This document shows, piece after piece, positions 9,292-18,729 of a DNA stretch of 64,000 nucleotides (position 1 is the stretch's first letter; every line of letters starts with the position of its first letter). The notes below the pieces were generated by a model. That model had not been told where the DNA came from. It worked only from the letters and a program-made list of their open reading frames with translations, and searched no databases. Source of the stretch: Gemmatimonadales bacterium (GTDB taxonomy: Bacteria; Gemmatimonadota; Gemmatimonadetes; Gemmatimonadales; GWC2-71-9). Both the position numbers and the translations under genes were made by a program. Where the stretch lies: NCBI GenBank assembly GCA_038321865.1, contig JBBQFH010000009.1, forward strand, positions 32,001 through 96,000, in the 5' to 3' direction.

Positions 9292-9704
9292 CAAACCCCC
9301 ATGCTGTGATGAACCACCGCGAGGCACCGATCCTGGACGACCGGGATGCCGGCGGCCTCCAGGCGGTTGGCCGAGACATCATCCCGAATCCCTTCCTGAA
9401 GCCAGACGAGTCTGGGTCGAAGGGCCACACACTCGTCCACGATGCCGGCGATCGCGTCCGCACGGCGGAATACGTCGACGATGTCGATCGGTCCCGCGGC
9501 GCCGGCGGCGGTCAGGCTCGTCCGCACCGGCTCCCCCAGCACGCTGACCGCCGTCGGGTGCACGGGGACGATCACATATCCGGCGCGCTGCAGGTAGGCC
9601 GCGACGCCGAACGCGGGGCGATGCGGCTTGTTGCCAAGCCCGACCACGGCGATGCGGCGGGCGTCCCGGAGGATCTGCCTGACCTGCTCGTCAGTCGGCG
9701 GCAC
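9291..9704 (-). CDS. CoA-binding protein (YccU-like)
   Basis: IAVVGL...RPA, IVPVHP, DIVDVFR, VWLQEG, VQDRC. Confidence 0.9.
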   Translation of the reverse strand: MPPTDEQVRQILRDARRIAVVGLGNKPHRPAFGVAAYLQRAGYVIVPVHPTAVSVLGEPVRTSLTAAGAAGPIDIVDVFRRADAIAGIVDECVALRPRLVWLQEGIRDDVSANRLEAAGIPVVQDRCLAVVHHSMGV

Positions 9705-10482
9705 TGGCGGCGCCTGGCGGGTGCAGGTGCGGTTGTCCGCTCACCGCCCGACCCACGAGCAGCATGCCGCTCCGCCGGGCGATCTCCACCGCGAGGGTCG
9801 ACGGCACTGACGGCGTCGCCACCCAGATGACTCCCGCCCGCGCCGCCTTGAAGGCCAGCTCTGCCGAGATGCGGCCGGTGACGAGAAGGCCCAGCCCTGC
9901 CGGCTGCACCGCGGAAAGCAGCGCCAACCCGATCGCCTTGTCCACCGCGTTGTGCCGCCCGATATCCTCGGCGTGGGACACGAGCTGATCGCCATCGGCG
10001 AGCGCCGCGGCATGGATGCCTCCGGTGTCCCGGTATCGTGCGCCGCGAGCGAAGAGCGCCTTGAAGAGAGGACGAAGGGTATCCAGCCGCGGCGCGGCGC
10101 CACGCGCGCTGCCCGCGGTGAGCGAGGATGGGTCGGCAAGGAAGGTGGACACGGCGCCGCAGCCCGAGGCGAGCACCGGCCGCCGGCGCTCTGCCTGCAC
10201 CGCCGCGACTCGTTCAGGAGGTACGTCGGCCCAGAAGCCGAGGTCGGTCGCACAGGGACGGAGCTTCACCTGGTCGGCCCGATCGATGTATCCCTCGCCG
10301 TGCAGCCACCCCACGGCGAGCTCCTCCAGCAGGTCCGGCGTGCACATCCAGGTGACGACCGGCTGCCCGTTGACCTCCAGCCAGACCGGAACCTCCTCGA
10401 CGGCCGCGCCGTCGACCATCGCCCCGCCGCGCTTGGCCGGGTGAGCGAGGATGGGCTCGTCGGGTGCTCCGGGCAACGTCAC
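9691..10482 (-). CDS. fdhD: Formate dehydrogenase accessory sulfurtransferase (start uncertain)
   Basis: MCTP..LEELAVG, SGCG, TGGIHAAA, EDIGRHNAVDKAIG, GRISAE. Confidence 0.9.
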   Translation of the reverse strand: MTLPGAPDEPILAHPAKRGGAMVDGAAVEEVPVWLEVNGQPVVTWMCTPDLLEELAVGWLHGEGYIDRADQVKLRPCATDLGFWADVPPERVAAVQAERRRPVLASGCGAVSTFLADPSSLTAGSARGAAPRLDTLRPLFKALFARGARYRDTGGIHAAALADGDQLVSHAEDIGRHNAVDKAIGLALLSAVQPAGLGLLVTGRISAELAFKAARAGVIWVATPSVPSTLAVEIARRSGMLLVGRAVSGQPHLHPPGAASAAD

Positions 10483-10496
10483 GAGGTCAGAGGAGG

Positions 10497-11213
10497 TCAG
10501 AGGGAGAAGGTGTAGCCGAGTCCCACCTGCACCCAGGGCGTCAGGGTCCACTGGTTGAGGCGCCCGTCGAGGATCACCGCATGCGGATCCGCCGTGGTGC
10601 CCGGGTCCAGCACCGGCTCCTGGGTGAACGACACCGGATAGCTGAGCTTCCAGAACGCGCCGCGAATGTCGGCGCGCAGATGCAGCCGCTCGGTGAGGAA
10701 GTAGCGCGTGCCGATCTGCGGGGCGAAGTAGAACTTGTTGCCGAAGTGGTACCCGCTGGTATCGGCCGGAGTCTGCTGGCCGAAGGCCACGCCGAGCGAG
10801 ACGCCGGTGTATGGCGCGAGCCGGTGCCAGCTCTTGCCGCCGGTCAGGTTGAGCTGCAGCGAGACGTCCACGAAGCGCACGCGCTGCGGCACGGGCCCGC
10901 TCTTCCGGCGCACGACTTCGACGAAGGGATCCACGATGTAGCGCTTGAGGTCGCCCTGGGCGAGCGTAAGCCCGAAGCTCACGCTTCCGGCGGTGCGCAC
11001 ATCGTAGCGGACGCCGTACACATTGCCGTCCTGGGGCCCGATGCCGTAGGTACCCCCGCCGCCGCCGATCCGGCCGAAGAGCGGGGTGATGCTGTGCCCC
11101 TTCCGGATGTCGCGGTACGGACTCTCGCGGGGTGCGTAGCCGACCTGCGCCCCGGCGACGGGCGCGAATACGAGCGAGAGGAGGAGCAGGGCAGCGGTAG
11201 AGCGCATTGGCAT
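10497..11213 (-). CDS. Probable OmpA/OmpW-like outer membrane beta-barrel protein
   Basis: Signal peptide ...APVAGA; APYTGVSLG, APQIGTRYF, terminal GLGYTF strand; TGATG overlap with gpmI. Confidence 0.65.
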   Translation of the reverse strand: MPMRSTAALLLLSLVFAPVAGAQVGYAPRESPYRDIRKGHSITPLFGRIGGGGGTYGIGPQDGNVYGVRYDVRTAGSVSFGLTLAQGDLKRYIVDPFVEVVRRKSGPVPQRVRFVDVSLQLNLTGGKSWHRLAPYTGVSLGVAFGQQTPADTSGYHFGNKFYFAPQIGTRYFLTERLHLRADIRGAFWKLSYPVSFTQEPVLDPGTTADPHAVILDGRLNQWTLTPWVQVGLGYTFSL

Positions 11214-12766
11214 CAGCTTTCGCGAAGGTCGCGGCCGGTCATTTCGGATGGCGGATCGATGCCCAGCAGACGGAGTACCGTTGGGCCGACGTCCCGCAGC
11301 GAGCCGCCCGTGCGAAGCGAAGCGGCGTCGGTACGCACGGCGACGAGCGGCACGGGGTTGGTGGTGTGGGCGGTGTGCACGCCGCCCGTGACGGGATCGA
11401 TCATCAGCTCGCAGTTCCCATGGTCGGCCGTCACCAGCAGGCGGGCCCCGGTCGCGTCCGCCCGCTCGAGGATCCGCCCGAGGCATTGATCCACCGTTTC
11501 GACCGCCAGAATCACCGCCGACAGCACACCGGTATGCCCGACCATATCCGCGTTGGCGAAGTTGCACAGCATGAAGTCGTGCTCCCGCGCATCGAGCGCG
11601 GCACAGAGCGTGTCGGTGATGCCGGCCGCGCTCATTTCCGGCGCCAGATCGTAGGTCGCCACCTTCTGCGACGCGACCAGCCGGCGGTCCTCGCCCCGAT
11701 ACGGCGGCTCATGGCCTCCGTTGAAGAAATAGGTGACGTGCGGATACTTCTCCGTCTCCGCGGTCCGCAGCTGCGTCCGCCCCGCGTCAGCCAGCACCTC
11801 GGCGACGATCCGGGCCATGCTGAAGGGCGGAAACGCCTGCGGCAGCGTGAACGTCTGATCGTACTGGGTCATGGTCACGCCCGCGAGGGCCGGGCGGTCC
11901 GACACGTCGAAGCCGCTGAAGCCGGGCACGAACAGCGCGCGCACGATCTGGCGCATCCGGTCGCTGCGGTAATTGAAGCAGAGCACCGCGTCGCCGCCGC
12001 GCAGAGGGGCGAACGGCGCGCCGTCCCGCGTGATCACCAGGGGATGGATGAATTCGTCGGTCTCTCCCCGGGCGTAGCAGTCGCGCACCGCCTGAACCGG
12101 GTCTGCCACCGCCTGCCCTGCGCCCCGCACCAGGGCGTCGTAGGCGAGCCGGGTGCGTTCCCACCGCTGGTCACGGTCCATCCCGTAGTAGCGCCCGGTG
12201 AGGGACGCGATCCCCGCGCGCGCGCCCGCGATCGTCCGGAGATCCGCTTCGAGCTGGCGGACCACCTCGGCGCCCAGCGTCGGCGCGGCATCACGCCCGT
12301 CGAGGAAACCCTGAACCGCGATGCGGCGTACCCCGAGCCGGACCCCCAGATCGATACAGGCACGGAGGTGGCTGTCGATCGCGTGCACTCCGCCGGGACC
12401 GAGCAGGCCCAGCAGGTGGAGCGTGCCGCCGGTGGTACGCAGGTGGCGGCCAATGGCGTGAAACGGTTCCAGGTCGTAGAAGCTTCCGGTGCGGATGCTC
12501 TCGGAGATGCGGACGAGATCCTGGGGCACGACCCGGCCGGCGCCGAGGTTCAGATGGCCGACCTCGCTGTTGCCCATTTGCCCTTCGGGCAGGCCGACGG
12601 CAAGGCCGCTCGCGTCGAGGAGGGTGTGCGGGTAGGTGGACCACAGCCGATGCCATGCCGGTGTCCGCGCCAGCTCGATCGCATTCCCCTCGCGCTCGGC
12701 ACGGTATCCCCACCCATCGAGCACGATGAGCACGACCGGCGCGCCGCGCGCGCTTCCGTTTGACAT
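11213..12766 (-). CDS. gpmI: 2,3-bisphosphoglycerate-independent phosphoglycerate mutase
   Basis: LDGWG, GNSEVGH, GRYYGMDRD, AETEKYPHVT, DMVGHTG, TADHGN. Confidence 0.97.
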   Translation of the reverse strand: MSNGSARGAPVVLIVLDGWGYRAEREGNAIELARTPAWHRLWSTYPHTLLDASGLAVGLPEGQMGNSEVGHLNLGAGRVVPQDLVRISESIRTGSFYDLEPFHAIGRHLRTTGGTLHLLGLLGPGGVHAIDSHLRACIDLGVRLGVRRIAVQGFLDGRDAAPTLGAEVVRQLEADLRTIAGARAGIASLTGRYYGMDRDQRWERTRLAYDALVRGAGQAVADPVQAVRDCYARGETDEFIHPLVITRDGAPFAPLRGGDAVLCFNYRSDRMRQIVRALFVPGFSGFDVSDRPALAGVTMTQYDQTFTLPQAFPPFSMARIVAEVLADAGRTQLRTAETEKYPHVTYFFNGGHEPPYRGEDRRLVASQKVATYDLAPEMSAAGITDTLCAALDAREHDFMLCNFANADMVGHTGVLSAVILAVETVDQCLGRILERADATGARLLVTADHGNCELMIDPVTGGVHTAHTTNPVPLVAVRTDAASLRTGGSLRDVGPTVLRLLGIDPPSEMTGRDLRES

Positions 12767-12788
12767 GACTCTCCGCGTGTTCTACAAT
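12760..12788 (+). promoter_or_regulatory. sigma70-type promoter TTGACA-N17-TACAAT for the SH3-domain gene
   Basis: Consensus -35 (overlapping the gpmI start codon on the other strand), 17-nt spacer, 8 nt before GTG 12797. Confidence 0.75.
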
Positions 12789-12796
12789 CCGCTATC

Positions 12797-13876
12797 GTGA
12801 TTTCAGCGCCGGAATCTAGTCCCGCCTTCCGCCGGCTACCAGCCTGCGCAGTCGTTCTCTGCCTCGTATTTGCCCCGTCCGCACACGGGCAGGTGCGACA
12901 GGTGTCCGCGACATCCGTACACAAGATTCCGGGCGGCGTCGTGCTCGCGCGGACGACGTCCCCGGCAGCGCTCGCCGTTGCGCGCGTCGACGGCGGCTGG
13001 GCACAGGTCACGCTGCAGGGGTGGATGAGCGCGCGCTCGCTGCGGGCCGATCACCGCGACGGCCTGGACCTCGCCGTCATCGCGCCCGACGGCGAGAATC
13101 TGCGGGCGGAACCGGACGGGCCGATCATCGCGCGCGTGCGCTACGGCGCGTTGCTGGAACGCCTCGACACGCGCGGGGTCTGGGTCCAGGTGCGCCGCGT
13201 CGGGTGGGTCCCGCGCTCGGCGCTGGCGCCCGCAGCCGTGGCGGCGCTGCGCCCGCCTCGCGCCAGTACATCGGCGGCACCCATGGCCTACCAGGCGATG
13301 TCCACGTCGAAGCGCGACACCTCCGCCGCGCAGGCGGCGGCACAGAGTCCCTCCGGTCTGGACCGCGTCGAGCTGTCCCAGGCGGCAGCGCTCTTTCTGG
13401 TGCCCGAGGGCGGGCAGCTCGGCTCGCTGCAGCCCGGCACGTCCGCGCGCGTCCTCAGCCGCTCGGGCGATTGGGTGCGGATCCAGACGGAAGGCTGGGT
13501 CCGCGATGCCGAGCTCCGGCCCGCGACGGGATCGTCCCTCGCCGGCGTGAGCGCAGCCGAAGTGCGAGCCAGCCCCGATCGCTACGTCGGCCAGACGCTC
13601 GACTGGCGTCTCCAGATCGTGTCGATCCAGACAGCCGACGAGCTGCGACCGGAAATCCCGCTCGGCCAGCCCTATCTGCTCACGCGCGGACCGATGCCGG
13701 AGCCGGGATTCGTCTACGTGATCATTCCGCGCGACCAGGTCGAGCGGTTTCGCGCACTCGGTCCGCTCACCGAGCTGATGCTCCGGGTGCGCATTCGCGC
13801 GGCCCGGACGCGGTACCTCGCGACGCCGGTCGCGGAGCTCGTGGGCGTCACCGACTCGGTGGCCGCCCGGCGCTGA
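12797..13876 (+). CDS. Secreted protein with three bacterial SH3-like repeats
   Basis: Signal-like N-terminus; repeats WAQVTLQGW, WVQVRRVGWV, WVRIQTEGWV. Confidence 0.65.
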   Translation: MISAPESSPAFRRLPACAVVLCLVFAPSAHGQVRQVSATSVHKIPGGVVLARTTSPAALAVARVDGGWAQVTLQGWMSARSLRADHRDGLDLAVIAPDGENLRAEPDGPIIARVRYGALLERLDTRGVWVQVRRVGWVPRSALAPAAVAALRPPRASTSAAPMAYQAMSTSKRDTSAAQAAAQSPSGLDRVELSQAAALFLVPEGGQLGSLQPGTSARVLSRSGDWVRIQTEGWVRDAELRPATGSSLAGVSAAEVRASPDRYVGQTLDWRLQIVSIQTADELRPEIPLGQPYLLTRGPMPEPGFVYVIIPRDQVERFRALGPLTELMLRVRIRAARTRYLATPVAELVGVTDSVAARR

Positions 13877-13901
13877 ACCGGCGGACGACCCTGGCGCCTC
13901 C

Positions 13902-15128
13902 ATGATGCCCCTCATCCCCGCGGTTCCGGCAGACGCCGTCCCCGCCATCCTCCTCTCGCTCGCGGTCATCCTCGTCGGCGCCAAGCTGCTGGGGGAGCTG
14001 GCCGAGCGACTCGGCCAGCCCGCGGTGCTCGGTGAGCTCCTGGCCGGTGTACTGCTGGGTCCTTCGCTGCTTGGCCTGCTGGAGCCCGGGGCACCGTGGC
14101 TGCACCTGTTCGGCGAGATCGGCGTCGTGATCCTGCTGTTTCAGATTGGGCTGGAAACCGATCTCAAGCGGCTGCTGGGCGTCGGTGGGAGCGCGCTGAC
14201 CGTCGCGATCGTCGGGGTGGTCCTCCCGTTCGGACTGGGATATGGGGTGTGCCGCCTCATGGGGCTTCCCGAGCTCGAGTCGGTGGTCGCCGGTGCGGCG
14301 CTCACGGCGACGTCCGTCGGCATCACGGCGAGGGTGCTCTCCGATCTGGGGCGGCTGCAGGACGTCGAGAGCCAGGTCGTGCTCGGGGCCGCGGTGATCG
14401 ATGATGTGATTGGACTGGTGATCCTCGCTGTCGTGGGCCGAGCCGTGGGCGGGGCGCCGATCACGGCCGGCAGCGTCGCGCTGACGACCGGCGCCGCGTT
14501 CGGTTTCGTCGTCGGCGCGGTGCTGCTGGGGCGCCTGGTCGTTCCGCCGGTGTTCGCGCTCCTCGCGCGGATCGGGCGGCCGGAGTCACTGGCGACCATG
14601 GGATTGGCCGTGGGATTCCTCGTCGCGGTGCTGGCAGACGTGGCCGGTTCCGCGCTGATCGTCGGCGCCTTTGCCGCCGGTCTCGCCTTCCAGCCGAGCG
14701 CGCTCCGGCCGGAGATCGAGCGGGGCGTCACCCGGCTGGGGCATTTCTTCGTGCCGATCTTCTTCGTCGCCGTCGGGGCGGCGGTGGATGTGCGCCGGCT
14801 GGGTGATGGGCGAGTGCTGCTGATCGCCGGGCTGCTGATCGTCGTCGCGGTTGCCGGCAAGGTCGTCGCCGGGTTCGCCCCGGTCTGGTTCCGCGGCCGA
14901 AAGCTGGTCGTAGGCGTGGGCATGATTCCCCGGGGCGAGGTGGGGCTGATCTTCGCCCAGACGGGTCTGACCGCCGGCGTGCTCGATGCGGGGCTGTATG
15001 CGTCCGTTACGGCCATGGTGACCGTGACGACCTTTCTGGCCCCGCCGCTCCTCAGGCTGCTGCTCGGTCGGGCGCGGCCCGGGTCCCGGGATGCCGGCGG
15101 GATGGCCGAGCTGGTGACCGAGGCGTAG
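13902..15128 (+). CDS. Cation:proton antiporter (CPA2 family)
   Basis: GQPAVLGELLAG, ATSVGIT, AAVIDD, GMIPRGEV. Confidence 0.92.
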   Translation: MMPLIPAVPADAVPAILLSLAVILVGAKLLGELAERLGQPAVLGELLAGVLLGPSLLGLLEPGAPWLHLFGEIGVVILLFQIGLETDLKRLLGVGGSALTVAIVGVVLPFGLGYGVCRLMGLPELESVVAGAALTATSVGITARVLSDLGRLQDVESQVVLGAAVIDDVIGLVILAVVGRAVGGAPITAGSVALTTGAAFGFVVGAVLLGRLVVPPVFALLARIGRPESLATMGLAVGFLVAVLADVAGSALIVGAFAAGLAFQPSALRPEIERGVTRLGHFFVPIFFVAVGAAVDVRRLGDGRVLLIAGLLIVVAVAGKVVAGFAPVWFRGRKLVVGVGMIPRGEVGLIFAQTGLTAGVLDAGLYASVTAMVTVTTFLAPPLLRLLLGRARPGSRDAGGMAELVTEA

Positions 15129-15199
15129 GCAGTAGCGCCGCCAGCGACACGGCGCCAAGATTAGGCAGGCGCCACGCCGATGGCCTTCTGGGAGCGACC

Positions 15200-15553
15200 A
15201 TGAACGACCTGCTGAAGCAGCGAATCCTCCGGAGTCTCGACGCGCTGCCCGACGAGCGCGCCTACCAGATTCTCGATTACGTCGAGTTCCTGGAGAGCAA
15301 GTACGCTGAGCGGGCGCGTCCGACCGGTATCCTCGCCAAGCTGACCGAGACGGTGGAGGACACGATGCGGGCGGGCAAGCTCCCGATCAAGGCGATCAGC
15401 GGGACCATGGGGCTGCTCGACAGCGCCACGAAGGTGATGAAGGGTGTCGCCGCGGCGGGGCAGGCGGTCGTGGATGAGGCGGTCAAGGCGGCCGACGGCG
15501 GTGGGCAGCGCGCGCTGCCGCCGGACAAGCCGCAGTCGAGCACGGGGAGCTGA
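15200..15553 (+). CDS. Small DUF2281-like protein
   Basis: LP..RAYQILDYVEFL.SKY motif; GGAG RBS upstream. Confidence 0.6.
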   Translation: MNDLLKQRILRSLDALPDERAYQILDYVEFLESKYAERARPTGILAKLTETVEDTMRAGKLPIKAISGTMGLLDSATKVMKGVAAAGQAVVDEAVKAADGGGQRALPPDKPQSSTGS

Positions 15554-15595
15554 CGCTCCCCGTTTCCGCAGGTCCTCACTCCAACCGGACACTTC

Positions 15596-17089
15596 ATGGC
15601 AACCACCGTCGAGGCTCCGCCGCCGGCACCGGCGACTGAGCAGCAGTTCATCCGCGGGATCGGCCCCCTGCAGGCGATCTCGCTGGTGGTCGGCACCATG
15701 ATCGGCTCCGGCATCTTCATCGTCTCGTCGGGCATCAGCCGCGAGGTGGCGGCCTGGGGGCCGGGGGGGTTGATGCTGGTCTGGCTGCTCACCGGGGCGA
15801 TGACGCTCGCCGGCGCGCTGGCCTACGCCGAGCTCGCGGCGATGATGCCGAAGGCGGGCGGGCAGTACGTATTCCTGCGCGAGGGGCTGTCACCGGCGGT
15901 CGGATTTCTCTTCGGGTGGACGCTCTTCACCGTGATCCAGACCGGGACCATTGCGGCGGTCGCCGTCGCAATGGCCAAGTACCTCGCCGTGTTCTTCCCC
16001 ACCGTGTCGGACACGATCTTCCTTTCCCTCGGGAGCATCCGGCTTCCGGGGTCCGCCGCCGCCATCCCCCTGGGGGTCTCGGCCCAGCGGCTCATCGCCA
16101 TCACGAGCATCGTCTTCCTCACGTGGATCAACGCACGCGGCGTGTCGCTCGGCGCGCGCCTGCAGACCTTCCTGACCGTGATCAAGGCGCTGGCCCTCGC
16201 GCTGCTGGTGCTGCTGGGGATCGCCATCTTCCGCCGGCCCGCCGTGGTGGCGGCCAACTTCAACGCGCAGGTGTTCTGGGGAACCGGGAGCTGGGGCCTG
16301 GCCATGCTCCCCATCATCGGGGCCGCGATGGTCGGCTCGCTCTTCTCCTCCGACGCGTGGAACAACGTGACTTTTGCGGCCGCGGAGGTGCGCGAGCCGG
16401 CGAAGAACCTGCCACGCGCCCTTGCGCTCGGGACCGGGCTGGTGACGCTGCTGTACATCCTGGCCAACGTGTCCTACCTGAGCGTGCTGCCCTTCGGCGG
16501 AGACCCGAACGGCGCGACGGCGCTGGCCCGCGGCATCCAGCACGCCACCCAGGACCGGGTGGCCTCGGCCGCCGTGGACGTCATGCTCGGCAACGCCGGC
16601 GCGGCGGTGATGGCGGCGCTGATCGTCATCTCGACCTTCGGCTGCAACGCCGGGCTGGTGCTGGCAGGCCCCCGGGTCTACTTCGCCATGGCAGAGGACC
16701 GCCTGTTCTTTCGCCGGGCGGGCGAGCTGCATCCGCGCCACCGGACGCCGATCTTCGGGCTCGCCGTGCAGGCGTTCTGGGCCTCGGTCCTCTGCCTGAG
16801 CGGCACCTACAACCAGCTGCTCGATTACGTGATCTTCGCGTCGGTCCTGTTCTATTTTCTCACGACGCTGGCCCTGTTCCGCCTTCGCCGCGTTCGCCCC
16901 GATCTCCCGCGCCCGGTCAAGGCGTTCGGGTATCCGGTGGTGCCGGCGCTCTACCTGGTCGCCGCTGCGGCGCTCATGGTGGTGCTGCTGATCGAGAAAC
17001 CGCTCTTCACCTGGCCGGGGCTGATCATCGTGGCGCTGGGGATTCCGGTGTATCTGGTCTGGCGGCGTTCCGCCTTGATTTCCCGGTAA
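15596..17089 (+). CDS. APC-family amino acid permease (LAT/SteT-like)
   Basis: [24 protein letters not shown], many TM segments. Confidence 0.92.
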   Translation: MATTVEAPPPAPATEQQFIRGIGPLQAISLVVGTMIGSGIFIVSSGISREVAAWGPGGLMLVWLLTGAMTLAGALAYAELAAMMPKAGGQYVFLREGLSPAVGFLFGWTLFTVIQTGTIAAVAVAMAKYLAVFFPTVSDTIFLSLGSIRLPGSAAAIPLGVSAQRLIAITSIVFLTWINARGVSLGARLQTFLTVIKALALALLVLLGIAIFRRPAVVAANFNAQVFWGTGSWGLAMLPIIGAAMVGSLFSSDAWNNVTFAAAEVREPAKNLPRALALGTGLVTLLYILANVSYLSVLPFGGDPNGATALARGIQHATQDRVASAAVDVMLGNAGAAVMAALIVISTFGCNAGLVLAGPRVYFAMAEDRLFFRRAGELHPRHRTPIFGLAVQAFWASVLCLSGTYNQLLDYVIFASVLFYFLTTLALFRLRRVRPDLPRPVKAFGYPVVPALYLVAAAALMVVLLIEKPLFTWPGLIIVALGIPVYLVWRRSALISR

Positions 17090-17103
17090 ATCGGCCCTAC
17101 TCT
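17075..17103 (+). promoter_or_regulatory. sigma70-type promoter TTGATT-N17-TACTCT upstream of guaB
   Basis: 17-nt spacer; -10 ends 5 nt before ATG 17109. Confidence 0.55.
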
Positions 17104-17108
17104 ACGAG

Positions 17109-18665
17109 ATGGAACCCTCGACACTCAACGGCCCTTCCGCACCCCACCCGGGGCCCGCGGAGGGCCGTCGCGCATCGGTCCCCGAACTGCGAGCCGACCC
17201 GCCTGCCGTCAGCCGGATCCGCGCGCAGGTCGGCCTGACCTTCGATGACGTGTTGCTTGTTCCCCGACACTCGAGTGTGCACCCGCGCGATGTGTCCACC
17301 CGAACCCGCCTCACCCGCACAATCTCGCTCAACATCCCCCTCATCTCCGCCGCGATGGACACCGTGACCGAGGCCGAGATGGCCATCGCGATGGCGCGCG
17401 CCGGCGGGATTGGCGTGATCCACAAGAACATGTCGATCGACCGGCAGGCGGCCGAGGTGGACCGGGTGAAGCGGAGCGAGAGCGGCATGATCCTCAACCC
17501 GATCACGCTCGGGCCCGAGCGGCCGCTGCGCGAGGTGGTCGGGTTGATGCGCCGCTTCAAGATTTCCGGCGTGCCGATCGTGGATGGGCAGGGCCGGCTC
17601 GTGGGGATCGTGACCAACCGCGACCTGCAGTTCGAGCGGAATCTCGACCAGCCGATCGCCGAGGCGATGACACGGGACAACCTGGTGACCGCGCCGGTCG
17701 GTACCGACCTCGACGAAGCCGAGCGGATGCTCGCGCGACACCGGATCGAGAAGCTTCCCGTGGTGGATGATCAGGGCGTGCTGAAGGGGCTGATCACCGT
17801 CAAGGACATCTTCAAGCGCCGCGAACATCCCAACGCCAACAAGGACCTCCACGGCCGCCTGCGGGTCGCGGCGGCCGTCGGCGGCACGCCGAACGACCGC
17901 ACGCGTGCGCGCGCGCTGGTGAATGCCGGCGCCGATGTCATCGTCATCGACTCCGCCCACGGGCACAGCGAGGGTGTGCTGGCGACCCTGGACGCGCTCC
18001 GCCAAGAGTTTCCGGACGCCCAGATCATCGCGGGAAACATCGCCACCGAGAGTGGCGCGCGCGAGCTGGTCCGGCGAGGCGTCGATGCCGTGAAGGTCGG
18101 CATCGGGCCAGGGAGCATCTGCACCACCCGGGTCGTGACCGGGGTCGGGGTTCCCCAGGTCACCGCGATCATGGACGCGGTCAGGGGAGCCGGCGACATT
18201 CCGATCATCGCGGACGGCGGCATCAAGTATTCCGGCGACATGGTCAAGGCGCTGGCCTCGGGGGCGTCATCCGCCATGATGGGGTCGATGCTGGCCGGCA
18301 CCGAGGAGAGCCCCGGCGAGAGCGTGCTGGCCGAGGGGCGGCGCTTCAAGATGATCCGTGGCATGGGCAGCCTGTCCGCGATGCAGGACGGATCGGCCGA
18401 CCGCTACTTTCAGGAAGGTGAAATGGCGCCGTCCAAGTGGGTGCCCGAGGGCATCGAAGGCCGGGTGCCCTACAAGGGCGCGGTCGCCGACGTGATCTAC
18501 CAGATGGTCGGCGGGCTCCGCAGCGGCATGGGCTACTGCGGGGTTGCCGACATCGCCGCGCTCCAGCGCGATGTCGAGATGATTCAGGTGACGTCGGCCG
18601 GCCTGCGCGAGTCGCATCCCCACGACGTGACCATCACGCGCGAGGCGCCGAATTACAGTGCGTGA
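17109..18665 (+). CDS. guaB: IMP dehydrogenase with CBS domains
   Basis: [38 protein letters not shown]. Confidence 0.98.
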   Translation: MEPSTLNGPSAPHPGPAEGRRASVPELRADPPAVSRIRAQVGLTFDDVLLVPRHSSVHPRDVSTRTRLTRTISLNIPLISAAMDTVTEAEMAIAMARAGGIGVIHKNMSIDRQAAEVDRVKRSESGMILNPITLGPERPLREVVGLMRRFKISGVPIVDGQGRLVGIVTNRDLQFERNLDQPIAEAMTRDNLVTAPVGTDLDEAERMLARHRIEKLPVVDDQGVLKGLITVKDIFKRREHPNANKDLHGRLRVAAAVGGTPNDRTRARALVNAGADVIVIDSAHGHSEGVLATLDALRQEFPDAQIIAGNIATESGARELVRRGVDAVKVGIGPGSICTTRVVTGVGVPQVTAIMDAVRGAGDIPIIADGGIKYSGDMVKALASGASSAMMGSMLAGTEESPGESVLAEGRRFKMIRGMGSLSAMQDGSADRYFQEGEMAPSKWVPEGIEGRVPYKGAVADVIYQMVGGLRSGMGYCGVADIAALQRDVEMIQVTSAGLRESHPHDVTITREAPNYSA

Positions 18666-18729
18666 CGAGACCGCCGTTTCGTCACTCTGACAGCTGCAGG
18701 CTGATCCAATTCCCCAACCGAGGCATCTG

